Assembly (NCBI RefSeq): GCF_006345805.1
Contig: NC_043010.1
Coordinates: 38,688,001 to 38,752,000 of the forward strand
From: Octopus sinensis
Taxonomy: Eukaryota
Reading direction: 5' to 3'
DNA: 64,000 bases
Of this stretch, positions 27,061 to 40,203 are shown piece after piece. A program made the translations under genes and the position numbers. Within the stretch, counting starts at the first letter, position 1; each line of letters opens with the position of its first letter. The notes beneath the pieces are model-generated. The model had not been told where the DNA came from. It did no database searches and worked only from the letters and a program-made list of their open reading frames with translations.

Positions 27061-27852
27061 TACAACAGAAATAATGACACTGTATAAAAGAGAAAATAAA
27101 AGCTGTCGAAATTAGATATGTGACTCTGAGTCATGAGTTTTAAAGTTTTGATGCTACGGTTGTCAACTTCGCCTTTCATCCTTCCCGGGTCGATAAGACA
27201 AGTACCACTCAAGAATTGTACTTGATGTAATCGACTACCCCACTCTCTCTATAATCATTTGCCTTGGGCCAAAATTCCAACAATTTTCACGCGCTGTTTT
27301 TTAATCAATATTAAGGCGTTGAAGGGCGGCGAGCTGGTAGAATAGTTACTGCGTCGTTCAAAATGTTTAGCCGCATTTCTTCCAACTTGAATTCCTGAGT
27401 TCAAATACCATCTCGATCGCCTTTGTCTTTCATCTTTTTCTGAATCGATGATCACTAGTACCAGTTGATCACTAGGAACGATTCAATCGACATGTCCTTC
27501 CTCCATATCGTCAGGCGTTATGCCTATGTTATAAAGGATAATAAGGGTGTCAGATTTGCAAAATCGTACGAGCGTCGAAAAAATGCCTTGTGGTATTTTG
27601 AACTCAGACGCTATAGAGCGTCGGAGTTCAAATCCTGCAGCGTTCAACTCAGCTTTTAGTCTTTGTGGGATTAATGAAATAAAGAACCACTCGCATAAAC
27701 ACCCATTGGGTCTCTGTAAAATTCCCGCGCATCGAAATTCGCTTCCAAGCTTTAAATCAGTCCAATGCTACAGTAGCGGGAATTGAACCGTGAATCTGTT
27801 GATCGCAAAGTAGGCGCCATAACCTACTGCCATACTTGCATCCACTGATCTC

Positions 27853-27856
<4 letters not shown>

Positions 27857-27888
<32 letters not shown>

Positions 27889-28406
27889 TATGCATTTGTG
27901 TGTGAATGTGTGCTTGCAGGTGTTTGAACATATGCGTGCATGTGTTTGAATGTATGTGTGCGTGCAGGTGTGTGAATGTGTGTGTGTGATGAGTTTCTGT
28001 GTGTGTGCTTGTGTGTGTGAATGTGTGCGTGCAGGTGTGTGAATCTGTGTGTGAGTGTGTTTCTGTGTCCTTGTGTGTGTGTGTGTGTGTGCGAATGTGT
28101 GCGTGCTGGTGTGTGAATGTGTGTGTGAGTGTGTTTCTGCGTGTGACCTTGTGTGTGAATGTGTGTGTTAATGTGTGCATGCAAGTGTGTGAATGTGTGT
28201 GTGTGTGTGTGAATGTGTGCGTGCAGATGTGTGATTGTGTATGTGTGTGTGTGAACGTGTGCGTGCAGATGCGTGAATGTGTGCGTGCAGGTGTGTGAAT
28301 GTGTGTGAGTGTGTGTGAATGTGTGCATGCAGACGCGTGAATGTGTGCGTGAAAGTGTGTGATTGTGTGTGCGCATGCAGGTGTGTTTGTGTGTGTGTGT
28401 GTGTGT
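27857..28406. repeat. (TG)n-derived minisatellite with GTGTGAATGTGTGCGTGCAG units
   Basis: Direct reading. Confidence 0.85.
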
Positions 28407-28990
28407 AGGGAAAAAAGGAATATCCGGAGATGAGAGGGTCGATTGTTACGTTACGTTGATTACGTAGACTGCAGCTGACGTTGACCTCAAGTTTTAGTTT
28501 ATTTTCGTAGCACTTTGTACTTCTGTATTGATTTCTGTGCGACTAAAATCATACTTCCGTTTTGTTCCCGTGTAATTGTTGGCGTCCATATTGGCTCGCT
28601 TCCTCTCTGTCCAGTCTTCAAGAATAATGACCATTGAAATGTTTTTTCTTTGTCTCTTTGCCTGTTAGTAGTTTTTAAATTTAGTTAAATGTTATATGTT
28701 TTTTCTACATTTTTGTTTTCACAAATTTTTTGTCGAATTTTCCCCTTATATCAAGTTTTTTTCTTTCTTTCACAATGTAATGAACTTTCAGTTCTTGTTT
28801 TTATTTAATTAGTTTGTTGTGATATTGAACTGTCAAAATTTGAAGAACACCAGACAAAATATGTCTTGCAAAATTAGGCACAACTTTTTCAATACTGAGT
28901 TCAAATCCTGTTGGGGATGGCCGTTACCTTTAATGTCACTCCGATGTCGATAAGCCAAATTTCCAAAGAAGGACTAGAATTGGGCTAATC

Positions 28991-29446
28991 GACTACGGTC
29001 ATGCTGGAGCACGCTATGAAACATATTCGTCATTGCTGATAGCATTTGTACCTGCGCGATGTTACCCAAATGAATTTCTATTCCATCACCTTAACACAAT
29101 GGTTGCTCCCTTTTGTGTCTGTATACACAAACATCATTTTGTCACTTCTTTGTGTTTTTTGGACTACGGTCATACTGGAGCACGCTATGAAACATATTCG
29201 TCATTGCTGATAGCATTTGTACCTGCGCGATGTTACCCAAATGAATTTCTATTCCATCACCTTAACACAATGGTTGCTCCCTTTTGTGTCTATATACACA
29301 AACATCATTTTGTCACTTCTTTGTGTTTTTTGGTCTACAGTCATACTGGAGCACACTATGAAACATATTCGTCATTGCTGATAGCATTTGTACCTACGCG
29401 ATGTTACCCAAATGAATTTCTATTCCATCACCTTAACACAATGGTT
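28991..29446. repeat. 171 bp tandem repeat, about 2.7 copies
   Basis: Units start at 28991, 29162 and 29333 with few differences. Confidence 0.95.
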
Positions 29447-30489
29447 ACTTATATAAAAACAACTGGAAGAGTAGATTTCTGGTTCTCCTATGTAGTTTCT
29501 GTTCATTTTTTTTTGCAGTTTACTTATCTGCAAACTTATAGTCAAGTTAGAATTTATGATCAGTAATGTTAGTCTTTTTATGTTTAAATCTTATTTCCAT
29601 TGGACCTACTTAAAAATAAAAAAAAAAACAACGAATTTATCTGACCGATATAATAAAGTAGTGGTCAGTTACTGGTGTCGATGGTTTAGACGAATCACTC
29701 TCCCCTCAAAATAATTGACGTTGTGTGTAAATCTGAAACCAACATGGTTTGAATTTCCAGGATAACCTGAGCTCAGCATTTTGTGGCAAAGAGACCTTCG
29801 TCAAATTTAGGATGCTACCACTACTTTCAGTGGTGAAACATTATCATTGAATACTTTCTTATATATAGCAAGCTGAATCAAAATCGTTGGGTGAAACTAT
29901 TTTGTCTCTATTATTTTAAGTCGCAGATCAGATCTAATGCAACAAATCTATGATCGAAGAATTTCCATTTGCGACCATTCCAACTTTTATTTAGATATTA
30001 CACGCATAGGGCTGTGAAGACACGTGGCCTCATGATTAAAATATTGAGTTCATGATCGCCAGATCGTGGGCTGGACTCTAGGGCTGGACTCTAGGACTGG
30101 ATGGTGCTTTGCGGAGCAAGATACTTCATTGGCCGTTACTACAGTCCCCTTAGCTAAAAGTAACCAGAAGCAATTGCTGCGAATTAACCCTGCAACATAT
30201 TAAGGGTCAGTTAAGTGGGTACACCTGTAATTTCCATGGTGTAAACGTCACGAAAATCCAAATAACCTGTAACCTCATAAACATGTAGAAGCGAGGCAGA
30301 CAGCCCTATCTTGAACTACAGTATCTGTCCTTCTCGTTTTGAAGACGGTCGGGTGTAATTTCAGAGAGATTTGACTGTTATTGTTAAGCATCAAACCACC
30401 ATGTAGAGCCTCAAATATTTTTGACCGTGCAGTGTGTCTCGCTAGATGTGTAAATTGTATGAATTAATTGAATGCTGTTTCATCCCGGA

Positions 30490-31255
30490 ATCGGCCACGG
30501 TGTCGTTGTCAAGCATGCGTTTATCTTGAACATGATACCAACCGTTGTAAATAAAATTGAATATTAGTCATATATTAACATTGTAATAATTTTATCATTT
30601 GTAATTTATAAAGTAAATATTAAAATGTTTATTAAAATCCTTGTCGATTTAACAAATCATTTTGATAAAAGCATATAAAAATACAAAGGATGATGGTGAT
30701 GATGGAGAAGAAGTTGGAGATTGATGGAGAAGATGAAGGAGAAAATGAGAAATGTAAAGGGAAAATACGAAGAAAAGTAACGAATCTGGAATGTAAACAA
30801 ATAATGATAATGGTAATAGAATATTAATACTACCAATAATAATCCGGTTTGAATCGAAACGGTGTTGTTGACATGCGTACATTAGTAATTCCTTTTTGTT
30901 CTCATGATGCCAATCATTGTAAATATAATTAAATATTAGCTACATATTAACGAGGTAATAATATTATGATTTGTAAATTTTTTGAGTAAATAATATTACA
31001 ATGTTTATTAAAATCCTTGTCGATTCAACAAAAGCATTTCGATGAAAGCGAAAATAAAGAGAGAAAATGCAAATGAAGAAGGAGAAAGGGAAAAATGATG
31101 GTGAAGAGGAAGGAGAAGGAGAAGAAGAGGAAGAGGAAGACTAGGAGAAAACTAGGAGAGAGGCGGGGGAACACATAAAGATGGTGCTGAATAAGAACGA
31201 AATGAAGAAGAGAAAATAAAGAAAATGGCGAACAAAATACGAAAGCAAATAAATG
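30490..31255. repeat. Old tandem duplication, unit about 370 bp
   Basis: ATGTTTATTAAAATCCTTGTCGATT.AACAAA and flanking blocks occur twice. Confidence 0.7.
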
Positions 31256-31289
31256 ATAATACTGATTTCTTTCCGATTTTGGCTCAATT

Positions 31290-32003
31290 TCAGCACTTTT
31301 TAGAGGAGGGGTTATTTGGTCATGTCGACCCCAGTACATGACTGGTATTTTAAATTATTGATCACGGGAGAATGAAAAACATCGTATGCCTCGGTGGGAT
31401 TTGTACTTTGAACAACAAGTCTGATGAAATGCCGCTTTGCATTTTGTCCGGCTTGTTAAAATTTCGGCCAGTTTGCTGCCATAGTAATCTTTTCGACCAT
31501 AGGTACAAGGCCTGAAATTTGTCGGGAAGGGACTAGTCGATTATATCGACCCCAGTGTTTCACTGGTACTTAATTTATCGACCTCGAAAGGATGAAAGGC
31601 AAAGTCGACCTCGGTGGAATTTGAACTCAGAACGTAGCAATGGCAGAAATACCGCTTAGCATTTCGTCCAGCGCTCTAACGATTCTGCCAGCTCACCACC
31701 TTAATGATAATAATAACAACAACAACAGCAATATTGATTTCAATTTTTGGTACAAGACCAGCAATTTCAAGAGTGGGGGAAAACGGATTCCTACCATAGG
31801 GCCAAGGCCTGAAATTTGTGGGGGTGGGGGAGACTAGCCGATTAGATCGACCCCAATGTTTCACTGGTATTTATTTATCGACCCCGAAGAATAAAAATCA
31901 AAGTCGACCTTGGCGGAATTTGAACTCAGAAATTAAAGACAGGCGAAACACCGCTAAGCATTTTTTACCGACGTGCTAAAGATTCTACCAGCTCGCCGAC
32001 TTA
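31290..32003 (-). mobile_element. Cluster of SINE A copies
   Basis: Three reverse-oriented heads and cores. Confidence 0.8.
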
Positions 32004-33364
32004 ATGATAAAAATAACAACAACAATATTAATATTAATGGTCATGATATTCACGATGATGATGATGATGATGATATTATTATAATCATGGTGATAATTAT
32101 AAAGTGATGAACAAAAGAAAGAAAACAAAAACAATGAAATAAAGAAGTTTGAAGAAAATAAGCTCAAAAACACCAACCAACAAACAAGGATTAACTTGAA
32201 AGAGCCAAAACCTGAGTGGAAGTAATAATAAGACCTCAAATGAAATGAATAAATAAATAAATAAATAGGCGAATACGGCAATGGGGAACGTCTCCAGTGA
32301 AGCTTAAACAAAATGTAATAATTTATTTCGGATTCTTTGCGATGTATGATTACCATTTTTCCATATCTTCCCTATTTTATTTCTATCTTTAAATGTGTTT
32401 GTTACTATTTCGTGTTCATTTTCAAATTCTTTGCATGTTTATTTCTCTTCCATTACGTTTTCCTTTTCGCTTTTCGGTATTTGTTAATTACGTGTTAGTG
32501 GTTAAAGAAGATTGGAAAAAACCCCTTAAAAAAACAAAGCAAATTGTAACATCATTGGTGATCGTGATTCTTGTTTAAGGCATTTATAACGTGAACAAAA
32601 TACATGTACAACCGAAACTCGAAAACTTCTGCAAGCACACCGAGAAATGTGTTTTTCTATGGCATTTACCACGCCATAGTAATTATGGCGAAAAATAAAA
32701 TCTGTTTGAACATTCGCAAATTCAGCCTGATCACCGAGTATTATCTGCTTCTTTATAACACTGCTCCCTCAGCAGGGATTGCCCTGCTAATAGCTATTGC
32801 ATCGTGTAAAGAGGCAGCCCGACACATCGAGCTATCTACTTTTATGTGCACCTCGCAGCAGGGGTTGTGAAAATAATGATGGCTGTTTGATCACGCGCAT
32901 ATTAAGCACGGGCAGCGAGAGTTTCCAGCAAATTCATGGCAATTATCTCTCAATAGGGTTTCTGGAGATATATAAAATCTGTTTGATGGTGCACAAATTC
33001 AGCACGATTCGACTGCAACTTGTTTGAACTGTTCCAACCAAATCATTTAATAATTTCCGAAAGGTACATTGACAATTATAGCTATTATAGCTATTGCAGC
33101 TGTTTAGCGGGATGAAAATTAATGAATGGATCCTAGTATATTACTGGTGTTTATTTTATCGACGCCAGAAACATGGGATATAGAAGCCAGCTCTAGCAAT
33201 ATACAGAAGCCATCCAAATTTTATATCGCAACCCTTCTGTCAATAACCGTTTAAGAAGTTGATTTATGGAAAAATGAATGAAGAGAGTGAACTGACTCAG
33301 TGTATTTAATCATATTTGTCTACAGCGAGAAATTACCGCTAAGTATTTCGTCCAGCGTGCTAAC

Positions 33365-33800
33365 AATTCTTTTCTATACTAGGCACAAGGCCCAAAATTT
33401 TGGGGGAGGGGGCCAGTCTATTAGATCGACCATAGTACTCAACTGGTACTTAATTTATCGACCCCGAAAGGATGAAAAGCAAAGTCGACCTCGGTGGAAT
33501 TTGAATTCAGAAGGTAAAGACAGATGAAATAACGCTAAGCATTTCGCCCGGCGTGTTAACATTTCTCCCATCTCGCCGCCTTTCTTTAGTTTGTAATAAT
33601 CCTTTCTAGTAAAGGCACAAGGCCTGAAATTTTGTGGGAGGGGATTAGTCGATTAGATCTACCCCAGTACTCAACTGGTACTTAATTTATCGACTTCGAA
33701 AAGATGAAAGGCAATGCCGACTTCAGCGGATTTTGAACTCAGAACATGGCTACGGGCAAAATACCTATTTCTTTACTACCCACAAGGGGTTAAACACAGA
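33365..33800 (-). mobile_element. SINE A copies
   Basis: Reverse-oriented cores and the tail junction AAATACCTATTTCTTTAC. Confidence 0.8.
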
Positions 33801-34549
33801 GAGGACTATAGAAGAAGTTATAGAAGATGACACTTGCCCAAGGTGCTACGCAGTGGGACTGAACCCAAAACCATGTGGCTGGGAAGTAAACTACATACCA
33901 CACAACCACTTTTTCGCCTATGTTTTCTCGTTTTGAGAATATGAAGGGGAACGTCTTCTACGCAATATCTAGAACAACAAGCGATGTAGCATAACACTTC
34001 CAATGGAAACTGATACTAGAAGTGAGCATAATATGATGGGAGCGTTATGGTTACTGGTGAACTGGTATTTATTGGTTTGGCCTCGGTTGTTGTAGTTATT
34101 TAGCATGAAGTCAATTGTGATGAAACAGGCGTACAATCAAAAGCATTCCAGCTGTGACCACTTCATCTTTTTCATGTGTGCAAGGTATCCTGGACCACAT
34201 TATCAAATGTATCATTTTCTAAAACGGCAGGAAATGATTTGAACGAAACTTGGCTGCTATTTCTTCTGCTATTTCTTCGTTAGTTTAGAGAAATACTTGT
34301 TTGTTCTTTTTGTGGTTCTTTAAACTCATAAAAGACCTAATTCAGCAGACTTACAATCAACATCAATCCATCCATGACCATGCAGCCTTTTCCCTATGCG
34401 TAAGAGATTCTGGACTGCATTATTCCATTATACAATTGGCATCGTTTTAGGCCAGGGGTTGGCGAACCTCAAGTGGGGTAAAAATGAAATTCTTGCGGGC
34501 AATGAAGCCTCATTAGACATAAGTAAAATTTAATTTTGACATTGAAAGT

Positions 34550-34900
34550 TACCCCAACAGCATGGTGCGAAAGATCCCAACATCATCAAAATACAGGACC
34601 AGATACTGCAATTGCTTGGGTTTCAGGGGACCACAACTCTTAATTGTCCTTCCTAAATGCCTGAGAGACCTGCATGGTGTGGATGTGGGTTTCTTTAAAA
34701 CTAAACTGGATCTCTTGTCAGGGGTTCCAGATGAACCTACTTCTCGGCAGGAAACACAGATGCAAGCAGCGGCGTCGAACACCCTTGTTGACCAAGTGCC
34801 ACGTATCAGAAGTGGTTTCACATACTAGTGTAGCACATTCAACGGTGGTGCCCCAGCATGGCCGCAGCTTTCGGGCTGAAATATTTTTATGGTTTTAAGG
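34550..34900 (+). mobile_element. 5'-truncated CR1-like LINE 3' end
   Basis: ORF end FRGPQLLIVLPKCLRDLHGVDVGFFKTKLDLLSGVPDEP..AAASNTLVDQ, then a 3' UTR stem-loop shared with the SINE B tail. Confidence 0.75.
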
Positions 34901-36169
34901 ATTTAAATACAAAACGTGTTCCTTGTTGCGACAGAAAATTTTCTGGCAGCACTACCTTTGTTTAATGTAACTGAAAAAGAGTCAATGAACATTTTGAATT
35001 CGAAGAATCTATGATTTTCTTCCATTGAATCAAGGGGATAACGTCAGTGTAAATGAATATATTTTGGGTCAACTGGTTAAAAATATTCCCTGATTCCTCT
35101 CCTAGGTAGTAGTGTGCTACTTGAAAAATGAATTACCTGTTGTTTCTAGTGGATCGAGTGACACGTAAAAGCTCCCTCCCTGGTTCGTACATATCCCTGA
35201 CGTTTAAAAATGGTTGTCGGTGGTTAACAATGGTTAACCGTGGTTAACAATGTATAACTTTAGAAAGAAATATAATTCTTGCTATATATTCCCTAATATA
35301 TATATATATATTCTATTATCTGTTTTCTTATTGACATTAACATTTGCTAGTTCAGCAAAATAGATAGATGAGAAAATAAATAAATAAATAACGATAATAA
35401 TTATAATATATTATATATAATAAGAAATAAACATATAAAGGTAAAAATAAAAAAGTAAACAATAAATTAATAATGAAAAACAAAACATATATAAAATAAA
35501 AATAACAATCAAACAATGTAAACATCAAAAATTAAATATTAAAAAATAAAAATGAATATAAAAATAATACAAATAAAAAAAGCTGTCGAAACAACGTTAA
35601 TCAACATTAAAAACTAATCAATTTCCTATCATTCATTTCTCTGCTGTCTTGTCATCAATGGAGCGGACTGTGCTTGCTTTGCTTCGATTCTTCTGTTTTA
35701 ATTAAAAACAAAGATGAGGAAAACCTAACATTAATTTGACAACAGCGTTAATTGGATTGGTCGAGCAGTTTGACACCTACCACAAGAATCTCTATATAGT
35801 TGCTTGACCTGCTAGAAATAGCTGCCAAAGATATCTCAAATAACACCTCATCTCGGTATATGTAAACGGAAGGAAGACACACAAGATAAATATATCACTG
35901 GATAAGTAAAAATACAAGAGAACATTATTTTAGAACACTTTTGATGACAGGGCTCATAGATTAACGCTAATCTGGAGGACAAACAACGAATAGTATCAAC
36001 AACTACAGGAGCTAACTTCTTGACAAAGAACATTCTTTCGAAATATGTTTTCAATACCTCAGGTTTAGGAATATTTAAAAGAAAACTTCGTTATAATAAA
36101 AGAAAATATCCGAGATTTTTGCCAGGAACTAACGAGATAAAGTCAATAATAATAATAATAATAATAATA

Positions 36170-36570
36170 CATGCCCTGTTGCAGTACCAGACAGTGGATC
36201 TTATGGCTTCTGACCTTAGATAACTGGAAGTGTGGGGGAGCATCATAGCCATGTGTTGAGAGGAAATTTTGGCGTTTGGATATTTCGTCTCTGGAAACAT
36301 GGGTGTTTCGTATAACATCGTCAAACAAACCTTACTCAGGGACATTTTGAACAGGATGGGCTACTCGATCTGAAGAAAATTCTAACTGGGCTCCACATGC
36401 AAGGCCATGCGCTGTTAATTTTGATATGAGATCACCATGTCGCGCACATATGGTTGTGATGCATGCGCCTGGTGTACCATTATCAGACGGTTAGTCATGA
36501 TGGGTATACTGGGCTTCGTATATTCTACCCCAGTGTCACTTTGATGGTGTGCACTGCTTTCTCACTCAAT
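36170..36570. mobile_element. Family D repeat flanked on both sides by (AAT)n
   Basis: Homologous to 20265-20535 and ends TCTCACTC-(AAT)n. Confidence 0.7.
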
Positions 36571-36571
36571 G

Positions 36572-36644
<73 letters not shown>

Positions 36645-36714
36645 CAATAATAATAATAATAAATAATAATAATAATAATAATAACAACAACAACAACAAC
36701 AATAATAGTAATTG

Positions 36715-37277
36715 TAATGGCTTCAAATTTTTTCACAAGGGCAGCAATTCTGGAGAGGGGATGAGTCGCTTACACGGATCCCAGTGTTCAACTGATACTT
36801 ACCTTATCGACCCTGAAAGGATGAAAGGTAAAGTCGACCTCGGCGGAATTTGAACAGATATTTATTTCTTTATTGCCCCCAAGAGGTTAAACATAGAGGG
36901 GACAAACAAGGACACACAAAGAGATTTAGTCGATTACATTGACACCAGAGCATAACTGGTACTTATTTAATCGACCCAGAAAGGATGAAAGGCAAAGTCG
37001 ACCTCGGTGGAATTTGAACTCAGTACGTAACGACAGACGAAATACCTATTTCTTTACTACCCACAAGGTGCTAAACACAGAGAAAACAAACAAGGACAGA
37101 CAAATGGATTAAGTCGATTATATCGACCCCAGTGCGTAACTGGTACTTATTTAATCGACCCTGAAAGGATGAAAGGCAAAGTCGACCTCGGCGGAATTTG
37201 AACTCAGAACGTAGCGGCAGACGAAATACCGCTAAGCATTTCGCCCGGCGTGCTAACAATTCTGCCATCTCGCCGCT
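36715..37277 (-). mobile_element. SINE A multimer (head plus three units)
   Basis: Three reverse-oriented cores with long-tail junctions. Confidence 0.85.
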
Positions 37278-37952
37278 CTAATTCGAACTGATATTGTTAT
37301 TGAAACTGTTAATACTATATTTCTCATGTTCAGACGTGATACAAAACTTACCAAAAGTTTTGGTATTTTTTTATCAAGACCAAATGAAGGAAAGGAAAAG
37401 GTGTTTTTAAAAATATTTCTCTGCAAGGAACTTTTATCAACTCATTGAACATAGCGGGGAAGATATAAGGTCTGTTATTTTTGGACGTAAGTATACTTTT
37501 CAGATTTGTTTACATCTAACTGAATATGGCTTTCTTATAGAGAAAAAAAACTCATTGAAAAAATAGTAAAAATGTATGTATTTACACAATGGAAAAAAAC
37601 CTAACACATTTAAAGAACAAATTTCACAGCAAGATACACAATAAAAAAAAAAAATACATGTCAACGTTTCAAAACGTAAATCTGACCGACACAGTTATCA
37701 ACAAGAATAGCAAAAAAAAAAAAAAAAAAAACAAAAAACAAAAGAAAATAAAACAATTTATATTTTTCCAAAGGAAGTAAACAAGCTAAATTTGATGGGT
37801 GAAAGTTTTGTTTTGGACGACGTAAGAAAGACTTGGCTAGCAATAAAAAGAACTGACTGTTTATATTGACGAAAAAAGAACTGAGCGGTACCTTCTGAGA
37901 GACTTCCTTCTCCGGGATTAGAGGCAACTTAGAGCTCTATCTGTTCAAGTTA

Positions 37953-38462
37953 TCTATATATATAAAACTCTAGTTGTGTGAGTGTCTGTACCCTTTGATT
38001 TAGATTCCTAACTCCTCCCACATTTTGCGGTGCAGTTTAACCAAATTCGGGTATCTTATAGTCGTGATTCATATCGAGCCCGTCTGGCTATTAGCGCGCG
38101 TCAACGATGAGTCTACGATTTTAAAAATAATTTAACATCATTTTTTATTCCATTTTAATGCATAATTTTTCGTGTGTCGATGGCGGCGGAGTTGGCGTCC
38201 ACGCTCACAGCTGCACCTGTTTGCTTCTCCCCCTTCCCTCCCTCGTGAAGCTGTGGGGAAGGGAGTGTAAAGAAATCAACGTCGTAATGCGTTGTCAAGG
38301 AGACCAGCGTTCTTTTAGAACAACGACTTCATGGCTTGAAGACACCAAAACAGAAATGGCTAAGAAAGCCCGAATTGGCATCTATAAGGGAAGTAACTCT
38401 CTAAAAATGCTTATATAGTTATTTCCCTTACAAACCCGAGCAACGCCGGGCGATACTGCTAG
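37953..38462 (+). mobile_element. Non-autonomous Helitron
   Basis: Starts TCTATATATATAAAA after an A and ends CTAG before a T. A subterminal hairpin CCCG-AGCAACGC-CGGG lies about 12 nt from the end. No TSD. Confidence 0.8.
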
Positions 38463-39016
38463 TAGTCTATAAGAAGAGAAGTACAAGCATCAGGATCTGT
38501 CCCAGATGCGCTTTGAGTGACGAAGTCGTTCAGTGTCCGAATGTTTTTGATTTGAAGAGTTACTACGAACAACTGTTGTTGGTCACACAGTAGAGTGTAA
38601 TTATAATTAGGGTTCAGCAAATATTTGCTTTACCACATACCGAAGTTTAGAAATAGCAGCCAAAGAACCTTAGCTATTTCTTCTACAAAAAGAAGAGACT
38701 CCCGGACCAATGAAAATACTCGAAATATCCCACGCAGACAGAGGGGAAAAATAACGAAATTCACTCGGTATTTTGTTACCTGTGGACGTGTTTCGGAATT
38801 AGATCGGTATGAAGAATGTAAAAATCATACTTCACCCAAACATTTTCCTCCTCAGCACAGGATTCCACGATATTAAATTTGAGAGCACTGGAAAAATTAA
38901 ACATACCTCTCCAATTCAAAACAGTATCAGACAGATTCATCTTCAGTACCGACGAATTCAAAACATACGAATGAGGCTCCTCACCTTCCCTCGCCCATCC
39001 ACGTGTGTTGTCGAGT

Positions 39017-39380
39017 GGCACTCCATCGGTTACGACGACGAGGGTTCCAGTTGATCCGATCAACGAACAGCCTGCTCGTGAAACTAACGTGCAAGTGATT
39101 GCCCACGCCGCAGATACGTGTACCCTAAACGTAGTTCTCAGGGAGATTCAGCGTGATTCAGTGTGTAACAAGGCTGGCTCTTTGAAATACAGGTACAACA
39201 GAAACAGAGAGAAAGAGTGAGAGAAAGTTGTGGTGAAAGAGTACGGCAGTGTTCGCCACCCCACTGCCGGAGCTTCGTGGAGCTTTATGTGTTTTCGCTC
39301 AATAAACACTCAAAACGCCCAGTCTGGGAATCGAAACCGTGATCCTATGACTGCAAGTCCGCTGCCCTCACCACTGGGCA
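39017..39380 (-). mobile_element. SINE family C
   Basis: Colinear with 40204-40595. Confidence 0.85.
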
Positions 39381-39575
39381 AAGTATACACGCCTGGGTTA
39401 TGGGGAAAACATTATATATTGTATTGTGTCTGAGGAGAGTCATTCTGTTTTAATGCCTTATTACTTAACACACTCACCGGTTTAATTTCCACTCATTTAC
39501 TTATTTATTGTTTCTAAAATTTTCGCTGCTTATTGCAATCTTTTCAATAGTCGTTGACTCTAATATTGTGAATTC

Positions 39576-39682
<107 letters not shown>

Positions 39683-40203
39683 GATCTATCCATGTATCTA
39701 TCTATCAATCTGTCTGTCTGTATGTCTGTCTATCTGTCTGTCTGTCTGTTTGTCTCTCTGTCTGACTGTCTCTCTGTTTGCTTGTCTATCTATCTATCCA
39801 TCTCTCTCTCCCTCTCTGTTACACATACATACACATGCATTAAAAGATAGTTACATTTACAACGTATATTTTCCCCATAATGCATGTATTTTTTTCTAAA
39901 ACAACGTGAAGCATTTCCTACTTATAAGCACAATGTTCAATCGCACATTTAGGTTCCTCAATAGGTCCAAAGGCAAACAAAATAAATACACTTGCAAATA
40001 TGCATCCACGGTCGTTACAATATACATACGTTTCGTAACCTAGAAGCTAGCTTTAATCCTTTAATTTTTATCTTTAAATTTTAAATTTTTTATTTTAATT
40101 TCTTAATTCGTATCCTTTACCCATTTCATTATAATTTTATCCTATATATACCCCCTTAAGCTAGGCATCTATTTTTAGCTATCCCTATTGACCACTGAAC
40201 TAA

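Noticed and set aside
28991-29446. CRISPR array or alpha-satellite homology
   Set aside because: There are no unique spacers, the DNA is eukaryotic, and only the unit length matches alpha satellite.
29033-29566. 177 aa ORF with an internal 57 aa repeat
   Set aside because: Explained by the 171 bp DNA tandem repeat, with no recognisable domain.
34454-34470. hAT-like terminus CAGGGGTTGGCGAAC
   Set aside because: No matching second terminus or 8 bp TSD found.
35880-36130. Possible minus-strand RLE remnant (ERMFFVKKLAPVVV)
   Set aside because: Too degenerate to support by eye.
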